64,000 nt of DNA from Pelagomonas calceolata (Eukaryota), in assembly GCA_918797485.1 (NCBI GenBank), contig CAKKNE010000005.1, positions 3,348,001-3,412,000 on the forward strand, read 5' to 3'. Positions 45,901 through 56,313 of the stretch are shown here, piece after piece; position 1 is the first letter of the stretch, and each line of letters opens with the position of its first letter. The position numbers were made by a program, and so were the translations under genes. The notes below the pieces were generated by a model. The model saw only the letters and a program-made list of their open reading frames with translations. It was not told where the DNA came from and made no database searches.

Positions 45901-46319
45901 GCCACATCGTGCCGCTCCTCCGGCCGGCCCTCCGCACGGTCTTCGAGACGGTCCGGGCCGCGCCCGCGGGCGCCGCCCCGCTGAACTTGACCGACCTCCT
46001 CCAGAAGGCGCTGCCCGAGGCCGCGCCCGCCGAGAGGCCCGACACGGAGCCCTACGAGGACATCCTCGAGGACGACGTCCTCGGCCTGGAGCGGCCGCGC
46101 CCACAGGTCGAGTCGCTGGCGTCGCTCGAGAGCTTGGTCCCCGGCATCATCGTGTCCGCGCTCGTCGCCGCCGCGGACCCGAACCCGCAGCCGCTGCCCG
46201 GCGAGGGCGAGCAGGACGAGATCCGCCTCTCGTACAACGCGGCGGTCAAGGACGATAGCGCCAAGGTCCACCACTTCATGTTGACGCTCATCCCGACCCT
46301 CGCCGATCGGGGCTCGTAG
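42981..46319 (+). CDS. hAT-like DDE transposase with C-terminal BED-like zinc finger; introns 43593-43730, ~44049/44052-44121, ~44700-44948
   Basis: TTTGVETG, FVSDGAATAM, CFCH|VIHDGV, QETRWGT and PIHSAMAEVGVK occur in hAT order, followed by KAKCPFC...NHIHTRH. Confidence 0.75.
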
Positions 46320-46958
46320 GTTAATCACATTTTGTTTCTCGGACAGCTGTCGGCGCGGGACACCTGTGTGGGGAGGGAGGCGAGCGGGCGCGCGTGTGGT
46401 CCGCTTCTCCAGGAAGGCGCCGGCACCGCTCCGTCGCACGATCACCGCCACCGCGGCGCCCGAACGCGCGCAGCGCCGTCGACGCCCTCGCAAATGCGGC
46501 CGGCGCCGACCCGCGGCCCGGCCGCGGCCCTCGGCGCGTCCGGCTTGCACCCCGGACCGTCGGCGCGGCCCGCGCTCGCTCGTTTCTATCCCGGCACCGG
46601 TCCCCGACGCCGCCGCGTGCCACCGGCGTCGTGACGCCGCACGGCGCGCGACGAAAGCCCGAGTCGGCGCCGTCGGCCGTTTCGAGGCGACACGAGCTCG
46701 CGCGCAGCCGGTGAACCGCCCGCGGGCCGCGCCGACCATGTGGCCAACCGACGCGACCGGTCCTGGGGTCGCGCGACGCCCGTCGTAGCCCCCCGACGCC
46801 GCGGCAGCGCCTCAAACCGGGACGGCTCGTTTGCGGCCGCCGCGGCCGCACAGCTCGAACCGCTTTGGTCAAGGCTCGTCAGGAGGTCACAAAAGACGAT
46901 CCCAATCGCTCATGCCTCTACGATGCGCTGCGGCCGCGTACCGGACGTTTTTGTTCCA

Positions 46959-47017
46959 AGCGAGGCGCGAGCGAGCCGCGACTAAAACCTGGGATTAAAT
47001 TAATAGCTAAAAAATAG
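46959..47017 (-). repeat. right TIR (59 bp)
   Basis: Exact reverse complement of 39502-39560. Confidence 0.95.
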
Positions 47018-47286
47018 GCAAGCCAAGGGTTTCATAAAATGAACGCGCCGGGCGTGAGGTCACACGCGACTTTTCAGCGAGGCGGGTAGCCGGCCGCGGT
47101 ACCGACGAGGCCGCTAGCGTGCCTAGTATCGACACGGAGACCAAGAGTTAACTCGAGCTAAAAAAATTTGCTTACAAAACCCGTCACGGTTTCTTAAGTG
47201 ATGACCGGAGGGAACTATCTGACTCGGAGATGATGGTGGTTAGACCCTACGGCGACGAGAGGGTCAATGCAGCGATCTACAACGCC

Positions 47287-47946
47287 TCACTTCTTCTCGG
47301 CGGCGACGGTCTCGACGACGTTGCCCTGGACGACCGGCGGCTCCTCCGTGCGCGGGGCCGCGGCCGGAGCCATCTCCGTGTCCGGCGGCGGGGCCCGCTT
47401 CTGGTTTCTTTTCTCGAAACCGTAGCAACCCGGGCAGAGGAAGCAGCAGCAGCAGATCCCGATGATGATCGCCACGATAATTCCGATAACTAAGCCAGCG
47501 ATCGCGCCTGTGTGCAAATTAACCAGTGTGACGTCGCGTCGATGGCGTGGAGACGCGCCGCGACGATTTGATTTATCCACTGGATCGTACCGTCGTCCGC
47601 GTCGCAGCAATCGTCGAAATTGGACGCGCAGCAGGTGTTGGACTCGCAAAAATCCACGAAAAATCCCCCAGCGGCGAAGCCCCACTCACCCCAACGGCTC
47701 CCTCGCTTCTTGTAGAGGGCGCCGCAATTGCCTTTGTAGAGCTTCTTGTGCGAGCACCTGTGCGGGAATCAACCAGTGCGTCGCGTGCACGCGGCCGTGC
47801 TGGCTCCGTCGAACGGTGGAGGTGATGATGGGCCGTGGGAGAAGATGCGCCGCGACATTTGATTTCCACACAGGCGAGAACGCCTTGCAGCGGGCGAGCG
47901 CCGGCTCGACGACGAGCGCGGATAGAAGGAGGAGGGCGCGCCACAT
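47287..47946 (-). CDS. small single-pass membrane protein with Cys-rich ectodomain (Shisa/CX-like); introns 47758-47881 and 47508-47590
   Basis: Spliced product: signal peptide, CKACSH...CESNTCCASNFDDCC, TM segment GAIAGLVIGIIVAIIIGICCCC, Pro-rich tail. Confidence 0.8.
47508..47590 (-). mobile_element. introner intron, partly decayed
   Basis: CTGTGTGCAAATT...ATTTATCCACTG with TSD GATCGCGC/GATCGTAC; the GT donor is in the TSD. Confidence 0.75.
47758..47881 (-). mobile_element. introner intron
   Basis: TIR CTGTGCGGGAATCAA...TTGATTTCCACACAG with TSD GCGAGCAC/GCGAGAAC. It shares AATCAACCAGTGCGTCG with the SNF2 introner. Confidence 0.88.
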
Positions 47947-48169
47947 CGTGCCTGCGGGGCGTCCAGACGTCTCTCCGCGATTTGATTATAACGCGGCGCG
48001 GTCGTCTCGGCGGCAGAGCCTCAGGGTGTTCTCACTTGGCTCAGTCGGTTAGATTCGATCGAGCGGCAGAAAACGCAGGACGGGGGATTGTCAGAGTTGT
48101 TTACGCGGCGTTTACTAACGAAGTCAAGCTACCTGGTTCGCGGTAGCGGCAAATTCCCTGTTTTGCGTG

Positions 48170-48194
48170 GCTAGCGGCCTGTAAGACACTAGCA
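48170..48194 (-). promoter_or_regulatory. perfect copy of 25-bp upstream motif
   Basis: Plus strand GCTAGCGGCCTGTAAGACACTAGCA, followed by CCTGAG repeats. Confidence 0.7.
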
Positions 48195-48262
48195 AGACGC
48201 AGCCTGAGCCTGAGCCAGTAGAAGCACAGCTCTATTAGCGGGGGAGAGAGAGGGATAGATAA

Positions 48263-51200
48263 CTAGGCCGACGCCAGCGCCTTCTGGAGCGCCTCCTGCG
48301 CCGGCTTCATGAGGCCCGCGTAGGCCGACTGGATGACGGCCGGCTGCTCGGCGTTGACGCCCTTCAAAGCCCGGACGGCGCGCTGCGCCGTATTAGAATC
48401 GAGCGGCGTCTCGCAGGGCTTCGTCGGTGAAGATGGAGGCGAGCCCTCCAACGTAGAAAGAGCGTCCGCGAGGCGCGCCGTGACGAGCGGCAGGTGCGCC
48501 CGTAACGCGGGATCGCCCCGTTCGAGACCAGTCACCAGCGTCCGGTGGGCCCTTCTAGCTTCCTCGTCGTCCTCCTCGAACGGCAAGGCCCCGAGCCACC
48601 ACCCGACCAACTGCTGCCGTTCTGTGCTATCGGGCGCGTACAACGCATCCGCCACCGCCGCGACAGCGTTCGCCGCGTTCTCGACCGCCCTCGACTTCGT
48701 CTCCTCGTCGTCGTCGTCGTCCGCCGACGCACCCCCGGCGTCGACGACCGCTTTCAGGACCGCGCAGGCCTGGTTCACGTCCACAGCTTTTAATGCAGAA
48801 GCACACTTCCGCGCGACGACGGCGACGCCGTAGGCCGCCGTGGCGCGCACGCCTGCTGAGGTCTCCCGCGCGCCGACCAACCTCAAAGACACCCCTAGTA
48901 CAGTGGGCGCCGCCTGCGCGACCAAGCCCGAAGCACCGCCGTGCTCGACGACGTCGATGAGCGTACATAACGCGGCATGCACGTCCTTTTCCCTTGCATT
49001 GGCCTTCGTTAATACAGGAGCGTAGTGCGGCAGGACCGTCGACTTGAACGTCGAGTCGGCGAACGCGTCTCGCTTCGCCTTGAGCGCCCAACCCACGGCA
49101 TTCACCACATTCTCCTGGAGCTGGTCCTCGGCCTCCAATGCTTCCGCTAAGGCGTCGCCATCGTCGTCGTCGAAGGCGCCGTCGGCTTTCAAGTCCTGCT
49201 CGACCTTGTCCCTCCTTGTATCAGATTCCTTTGCGGCCGCGATGAGGGACTTCACTAATGAATCTAAAAATTGATCGTCCACGCTATCAGCTAACGGAGA
49301 GGGCTTCGAGCCCTCGAGTAAACCAGCTTCCAAGCCGCCGACGTGGGATTGGGCCACGTGTTCTAAAACATCAGACAAAGCGCGCACGTGCAACGGTCTA
49401 GCTTCATCACTTCTTTCAGCCTGCAACGCGTCACTTGTCGAACGTAAAGCGCCGTCGATGAGCGCCGAGGCTTGCGGCTTCCGGGACGCGTCTTCGCGGA
49501 AGGCAGAAACAGCTGACCCGGCGACCTGAGCTAGCGAGCAGGAAGCTGTTGATCTGACAGCTTCGGCCCCAATGCACGTTTGATTGGAAGCTAGCGCCGA
49601 AGCGAAGGCACAAGCCACGGACGGAGGTAACGCCGGCCCGCAGGCCTCGGCCAACTCCCCGAGCAAGTCACAAGCTTTTTCTTTCCCCCAAATAGCTCGT
49701 AGATTCACGGCAACTCGATGCCCACCGATCACGCAGGAGTAAATACCGGAAGCTTCTCTCCGAACATCTTCATCACCAACATTGTTGGAGTGACTGATCT
49801 GCGTCTCGGCTTGCGCGGCGACTAACAACGGTTTGGCTACGGCTTCGAGGGCCGCATCTCCTAAGTGTTGCGCGCCGCACGTGGCGACAATTCGAATAGC
49901 GGCTGGGAGTAAGGTAGATAAAGCCAGGTCGTCCACGTCGTCCTCGGCCGTATCAGTGGTAGGCGGCGGCACGGACGCGTCGGCGACCAACGCCGTTAAT
50001 ACAGCAGGCGCGTCGTTCCTGAATTGAGATGGTACGGCGGCCCCAATAGCCGCGGCGCACTCGATGGCTCTCGCCCGCATCTGCGCCACTTCCTCAGATT
50101 GGGACGCTTGCGTGCCTTGGAGTGCTTGGGCTAATAAGGGCATCAGAGTAGCATAATGCGGACCGAAGACGGAATCCGCCCTCGAGGCGATGGCGCCGAT
50201 GGCCTCTAACACGGCCTTCTGCGCCGACGCGTCGCCGTTGGACGCGCCGAGAGCCCTTGCCAGCGCGGGCACGAGAACATTGAGCGAGTCCTCGACCCAC
50301 GCTGACTGCTCTTCCACATCATCGTTGCCGGCGGTCGCGTAGAGAGACGCGGCGGCACATAAAGCACCCGCTACTCGACCAGAAGTCACACCAGATAATG
50401 CTTGGGCGATAGCCAACAGAGGCGACGGGACCTTGTTCTTCGCCGCGGCGCGTTGATAAGGTTCGCCCGACGCGCACGACAACGCACCGACCAATCTACA
50501 AGCTTCCAAGACACACCGCGGGTCTTCACTGTTCGAAGCGTAGCGCTCGAAGGTCTGGGACGCTACAGTAGCGACAGTGGCCAAGTGGACCTTGAGCTCC
50601 TTGGGCGCACCTAAAGCTAGAGCGTGGAGCGAAGCTAGGGCAGCTCGTCGATCTTCCCACCGCTCGGACGCTAACGCGGGCCCGGCGTCGCCTAGTAATT
50701 TCGGAGCGACCTTCTTGCCTAACGTAGCCGCGAGTCTACGCAGAGCCTGGTCGCCGCCCCTAACATGTTCACCTTCGTCGTCGCAGTCGGCTAAGGCTAA
50801 CAAAGGACAGGGCTGCGCCGCCCATTCTTCCGGGGAGATCTCCTCCGGCGTCCGCGACAATCCAACGGCCACGGGGATGACGTTCGTGACCACATCATTG
50901 GCGTGCCGACGCGCGACGGCCGGCGCCGCCTCCGCGAGAGCCAGAGCGACCTCGAGCGCTCGGGAACGCGTCTCGGGCTCGAACTGGGCCGCGTTCGCCG
51001 CCGCGCCGACCAGCCCTAATAATTGACCGGCATCGGCGGCGAGAAACGCGGGCGCCTCGCCCGCCGCGTCCACGAGCGCGTCGAGGCACTCGACACCTTT
51101 ACTTTCGTCCTTCGTCAGGAAGACTTGCGTGGCTTGTAACACGGCCTTGGCTAATGAAGGAGCGAGGACCTGCTTCCTCGCGGCCGACGAGCACCGGATC

Positions 51201-51881
51201 GCTAGAGTACAAGCGGCCTTGACGGCTAAAACACCGGTCTCGGCGTCCGAAGCTAAATGTTGTTGTAATGGTGCAATCACCTCGGAGATGCTGGCGTCGC
51301 CCGCGAGGCCGACCTTGGCGTCGTCGCCGTCGGCGAGGGCCTGCGTTCGTGTTTTCGCGTTTCGTGTGGTGTGTGTGGGCGATCGTCCACGCCATCGACG
51401 CGATATACGGACGCCGATCGCCGACGGCGCAGAGCGTGAGCGCGACCGTCGCCTGCGGCGAGCCCGGCGCGGCGCCCAGGCCGGCGACGCAGTTACTGGA
51501 CGCGGCGGGCCAGGGTTGGTTGGCGTCGCTCGCCTCTTCCGCGACGGCGACGCATAAAGCGCGCGCGACGGGCGGCTCGGGCCCGCTCGCCAAGGCCTGC
51601 CAGAGCGCGCCGCGGAAGCCGTCGACCGCTTGCGAATTCCACTCGCCGAGCGCGCCGAGCGCCCGTCGAGGCGCCGTGAACCTTTTGGAGAGCGTCGCGG
51701 CGAGCTGGCGCACGGCCGGATTTAGTTGACCGTTCCCGAGGCACGAGACTAACTCCGAAGCGAGCTGGCGCGGGTTGGAGCGCTGCTGCTGGGCGAAGGC
51801 CTCCTCGGCGGCCTTCTGGGTCTTGGGGTCGAGCTGGGCCGCGAGGAGGGCGGGCGTGTCCTGGAAGAGGGCGGCCTCCAT
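48263..51881 (-). CDS. importin-5/Kap121-like HEAT-repeat karyopherin; GC-AG intron 51341-51428
   Basis: IBN-N-like start (Q..AEEAF...VRQLAA.L..R), WEDRRAAL, F.PHY..LMPLL, RARAIEC, ENA..AV and W...LP...D.EEA...H motifs. Confidence 0.8.
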
Positions 51882-52426
51882 TTTTAGCTTTGATTTTGGC
51901 GCGCTGCGGGCGTTTTCAGTGCGCTCTTTCGCCACGCGTGCTGTGCAGTACTGTCGCTTGCTGCTGTAGCTCGGAGAGCTTCGGCGTCGATCTATGCGGC
52001 GCTTGCGAGCTCACCAATTTAAAACTCGAGCAGCATCTCCGGCGTTTTTTGGCTTGATTTATGCGTCCAGAGGCGTCCCAGCCGCCGGAGGAGTGCGTGT
52101 ATGACCGCGCGACTGCTTTCTTTGGCCCTTCTTGCTTGAGTGTCGGGTTTTTGTCAAGTTGAGCGCCTTCATTTTGCGCAATATCTCTGCTCATAGCTCA
52201 CTTTGAGCATTCGTAAGACCGTCTCCTGCAGCAGCGACGCCAGCTCAGGACGAATCGCGCAGCGAGAGTCAGCATCTCACCTGCTACAGCACGCGCCTGC
52301 TCTCAGCTGCAGGGTATCGAGCCGCTGAGCAGTCGCATTCCTGGATTTGTGGCGGTGCTGAGGCCGGTATCGAACCAATTGCTGCGAATCCTTGCGAAAT
52401 TCCATCGGTGACAACACATCGCAACC

Positions 52427-52783
52427 ATGCGGCTGCTAAAAGTGCTCCTGTGCGCGCGCATCGCTGCATTGCGGCCACCGGTACGCGCTGCAGCATCTTT
52501 GCGAGACGCGCCTGCTGCACACGCGATGGCGCCGTCCGCCGCACGGATGCACGCCGCGACCAGTGCCGCGGCGGCGGCCGCAGCGGCTCTCGCGCCAGCG
52601 GCCGCGCTCGCCGCCGCCACGACGGAGGCTGAGCTCGACGACTACTTCAGCCAACCGCACCCTGAGTTCGCAGTAGCGCTCGTGATTCACTGGATCCTGT
52701 GGGGCAAGTTCGACCGTCGCATCGCGCTCGCCTACGACTTCGGGGGGCTCGTGCTCTTTGCGGCGGAACCGTTCTTTCGATAG
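52427..52783 (+). CDS. small membrane protein of unknown function
   Basis: Signal-like N-terminus, hydrophobic C-terminal segments and GC3 bias in the 3' half. Confidence 0.5.
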   Translation: MRLLKVLLCARIAALRPPVRAAASLRDAPAAHAMAPSAARMHAATSAAAAAAAALAPAAALAAATTEAELDDYFSQPHPEFAVALVIHWILWGKFDRRIALAYDFGGLVLFAAEPFFR

Positions 52784-53369
52784 CGTCTCTAAGTGTGTTT
52801 TGTTAATACTGCTCCAGAAACGCATCCCCTTTGCCAGCGCGCGTCCGCGGCCGCTCGGTAACGCGAGCAGCCCACTATGACACTTGCGCGGCGCGTTGGA
52901 GCCGTTGCGACGGCCCGAAGACGGGTGGGGCAATAGTTTTCGTCGTGGCTCGTGGTCGCAGTTGCATTCAAGGTCCATGGCCGTCAGCAGTCACAGTCGT
53001 GGCGCTCCCGCAGCCGAGGCCTAATATCTCGCTCCTGCTCATAGAAGATCCAAGTTATTGCGTGCACCGGCGTCCCCGCGAAAGTCCACAGTTGTGCCAC
53101 GCGTTTGCAACCGCTTCTACGGCAACGCGCCATGCCCGCGGCGCTCTGCGGTGGTGCGCGTGCCGCGGCTGCAGTAGGCAGCTATTGGCATGCGCGAAGC
53201 ACACCGCGGACCGACGGCGCGCGCAACCGGGTAACCCAGTCATGCTACGCTGCCGCAAGGAAGCTGCGCGCTGATCTGTTGCCTCCGGGCGCAAAAACAC
53301 ATCAGCGCCGGGGGGACGCCTTCCGCCGCCGCGGCCGTCTCAAAACTCACGCCGCACCGCAGATATAAA

Positions 53370-54014
53370 ATGGCCAAACTCGCCCTCGCCCTCCTCGCCG
53401 CCCCGGCCGCCGCCTTCAACTTCGGCGGCGGCGGCGGCGCCCCGGCCCGCGCGGCCGTCGACACGACGGCCGACATCGGCGTCGACCCCGGGCCGATCGA
53501 GCCGACGGGTCCCTTCTGGGAGGACCAGGAGGGCCTCGCGCGCCGCCGCGCCGTCGAGATCAAGCACGGCCGCATCGCGATGATGGCGTTCATCGGCATG
53601 ATCGTCGAGGAGCTCGGCGTCACCTTCCCGGGCTCCATCAACCTCGACGGCTCGGTCCAGTTCGCCGACATCCTCAAGGACGGCATGGGCTTCCCGGCCA
53701 TCTCGAACATCCCCGTGTTCGGACTCTTCCAGATCGTCGCCTTCGCCGGCTTCGCCGAGATCGGCGCCATGCCCGCGGCCCAGTACACGGGCGGCCCGCA
53801 GAACCTCCCGGGCGGCTACGACGGCTCCGTCGGCACGATCCCGGGCGGCTACCCGTTCACGACGCAGATCGAGGACGTCACGGCGCGCAACCGCGCCCTC
53901 ACGTGCGAGCTCCAGAACGGCCGCGCCGCCATGCTCGGCACGTTCGGCGCCATGTGCCACTCGTGCGTCGACTCGTGCGACCACCACTTCTTCTACCCGA
54001 TCACGCACAACTAA
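53370..54014 (+). CDS. light-harvesting fucoxanthin-chlorophyll binding protein (Lhc)
   Basis: RRRAVEIKHGRIAMMA, ELQNGRAAMLG and an AAA-F cleavage motif, with extreme codon bias. Confidence 0.95.
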   Translation: MAKLALALLAAPAAAFNFGGGGGAPARAAVDTTADIGVDPGPIEPTGPFWEDQEGLARRRAVEIKHGRIAMMAFIGMIVEELGVTFPGSINLDGSVQFADILKDGMGFPAISNIPVFGLFQIVAFAGFAEIGAMPAAQYTGGPQNLPGGYDGSVGTIPGGYPFTTQIEDVTARNRALTCELQNGRAAMLGTFGAMCHSCVDSCDHHFFYPITHN

Positions 54015-54114
54015 GCGCGCGGCTGCTGAAGATGTTCGAGTTATTTCGTGATCATGATGCGCACTCACCCTGGGGCGACGGCGTAAGGAGGAGTGCCTAG
54101 TAGTCTTAGTAGTC

Positions 54115-56010
54115 TTACACCTCAAACGCCACCACCGGCTCCGCCTTCCGTCTTGCAAGAGCGAGCGAATCTTCGCTCGCCCGCGCGGCGGCGTAGCGAC
54201 GACGCACCTCCTTCCGTAATCCAACGAAAAAGGCCACGGGCGGCCACTCGTGCGCTTTCCGCACCGCCTCGGCCGCGGGCAGCGGCTTGCCCAGCAGGTT
54301 GAACGCCTCCTCCATCGTGAACTCCTTCGACGTGCCCCTGTAATCGTCGCGGATGGTCTTCGAGGCGTACCGCTTGCCGTGCGCGCGCCGGCGATCTCTG
54401 ATAATTTCCGAAAACGCGGCGTTCCTGGCAGCCACGGGAACGGGCGCGAAGGCAGCCACGGGCGCGGTCCTACGGCGCCTGCGAGTCTGACGACCCGTCG
54501 TCTTCGCGAGGAGGGCCGCGAACTTCGCGTCCGTCCGGTTCCAGGTTTTCTCGTCCTTGGCGATGGCCTGCGCGTTATCGACGCGTCGCGGCGATGGCGT
54601 GCTGGCGGGAAATGGACGCCGCGTCGGTACCTCGTCGCGCTGCTTCCGCCGCCGCTTCTCCTGGGCGGCCTTCACGAGCTCGGCCTTGCGCCGGCGCCAG
54701 GCCGCGGCGCGCTGCCGGGCGTCGCGGATCTCGGGGTCGGGACCCGCCGTCATCGAGACCTCCTCGGCGAACGTCGCGGGGTGCTCCTTCGCGCGCGCCG
54801 CCGCCGCCTCCGCCGCTTGCTTCAGCTTCGTCGCGAAGGTCTCCTCCGCCTTGCCTTCGCAGGCGTCCCAGACGCGGCGCATCGCCAGCTTCCGCGCGCG
54901 CGTGCACGCTCCGTAATCGCGGAAGAGCCGCTGGAACAGCCGGACCGCCCTAAAATATTTTCGGCGCGCGGTGCGGATGCGAATCGCCCAGGCCGTCTCC
55001 TTGAGGAACCGCTGGAGCTTGCGCGACGCGAAGCGCTTCTTCCAGACCCGTATTTTGATCGTAACATTTAAACTCCGCGCCTTTAATAAAGTCGCGGCGG
55101 CGTGGAGCCGGCGCCTTCTTGTTATCGAGCGGTAGAACCTACTTAACGTCCTTTGCGCGTCTTCATGCAATCGCGCGTCCTCTTCTTGGATACACTTCAA
55201 CAGAAATCGATTCGCGAGCTCCATCGCCGCCCGTCCACTCACCACCGCCACGAGCCATTTCTTCCACCGCTTTTCGCGGACGAACCGCAGCTTCCGCTCC
55301 GCTACTTTGTCGAGCTTCGCCTGGACCGCTTCCCTTTGCAACCGCTCCTTCTTCGCCCGCACGGCCTCGACGGCCGAGCCCGAGCAGCCCGTCGGGAACG
55401 TGTTTTCCACCGGAGACAGTGGGCTTCGCGGCTCGTCGGGTTCCGTGAGGAAGACCGGCGGCGCTTTTGGAGGCGGCGAACCGAAGCTCTCGAAGTCACT
55501 CGGCCGGATGACCGATTCTTCATCTGGTGCTCGGTCGACGTACTTCGACACGGAAGGTGGTGGAGGCAGCGAATCCATCACCCTTTTCACCTTCCTTCTT
55601 ACTTTGGTGGGCGTCTGTTTCGGTGTCCTGGTCCAGCCGTACTTCTTTTTTGACGCAGGTGATCTAAAGATGGGCGCGCCGGTGGTTGGGTCCAACGTCA
55701 GCGATTTCGGCGGCGGCACGTAGGCATCTACCGCTTGCCGCTCCCTCACGACCCGCCCGAAGGCGATGTGCTGCTTTGACACTTTTGGTGTCTGTGCCTT
55801 GTCGATCTGGATCTCGAGCTGCTCGCCTTCGGGCGCCCGGAGCGGGCCATCATCGATGGCGCTGACCGCGTCGGTCTCGTCAATCTCGAGCGCCGGCGGT
55901 GGGAAGGTCGGGTCGGGCGACGGCGGCGGCTGGTCCGCGAAGCCCACGCGCCGCTGGCTCCGTCGGCGGCGCGCCGCCGCCGCCGCGGACGCCTCGGGCT
56001 GGTACACCAT
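54115..56010 (-). CDS. basic helical protein with IQ-like segments; likely in-frame intron 54568-54630
   Basis: 631-aa ORF with A..LQRF/FQR.FR-type motifs. GAG|GTACCG...GCGCAG|GCC. Confidence 0.6.
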   Translation of the reverse strand: MVYQPEASAAAAARRRRSQRRVGFADQPPPSPDPTFPPPALEIDETDAVSAIDDGPLRAPEGEQLEIQIDKAQTPKVSKQHIAFGRVVRERQAVDAYVPPPKSLTLDPTTGAPIFRSPASKKKYGWTRTPKQTPTKVRRKVKRVMDSLPPPPSVSKYVDRAPDEESVIRPSDFESFGSPPPKAPPVFLTEPDEPRSPLSPVENTFPTGCSGSAVEAVRAKKERLQREAVQAKLDKVAERKLRFVREKRWKKWLVAVVSGRAAMELANRFLLKCIQEEDARLHEDAQRTLSRFYRSITRRRRLHAAATLLKARSLNVTIKIRVWKKRFASRKLQRFLKETAWAIRIRTARRKYFRAVRLFQRLFRDYGACTRARKLAMRRVWDACEGKAEETFATKLKQAAEAAAARAKEHPATFAEEVSMTAGPDPEIRDARQRAAAWRRRKAELVKAAQEKRRRKQRDEVPTRRPFPASTPSPRRVDNAQAIAKDEKTWNRTDAKFAALLAKTTGRQTRRRRRTAPVAAFAPVPVAARNAAFSEIIRDRRRAHGKRYASKTIRDDYRGTSKEFTMEEAFNLLGKPLPAAEAVRKAHEWPPVAFFVGLRKEVRRRYAAARASEDSLALARRKAEPVVAFEV

Positions 56011-56313
56011 TTGTGAGGGCCGTCAGTGCTGCCCAGGAGCTGCCCCTGCCACCGGAGGGCCGTCGCCGGGAGCCGTGCGGCTGCCCGCGTGCCCAGGTGC
56101 TTATTTAAGGTCGATGTACGACCCAAAACTGGCCTGACAAATGTCAACGCCGTGCCGGACGCCGCCCCGCACTTTGGCGTCTGCTCCAATTGGCCAAAAA
56201 AAGGCACCCAGACGCGGTGCCAAAGCAAGCACCGGTCCTCGCCCGGCCGCAGGACTCGGCAATCTGTTTGATTCGTCCCTTGCGGGCTGCCCCGGGACCG
56301 ACAAGAGACCAGC

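Larger units (their letters stand above)
39502..47017. mobile_element. 7.5-kb TIR DNA transposon, hAT-related, with two divergent genes
   Basis: Perfect inverted repeat 39501-39560 / 46959-47018 and an internal transposase-like gene. No 8-bp TSD is visible. Confidence 0.88.

Noticed and set aside
39493..47026. 8-bp TSD or piggyBac TTAA boundary for the large element
   Set aside because: The flanks do not match as direct repeats, and the TTAA lies inside the inverted repeat. A TA duplication within CCTAGG remains possible but is unproven.
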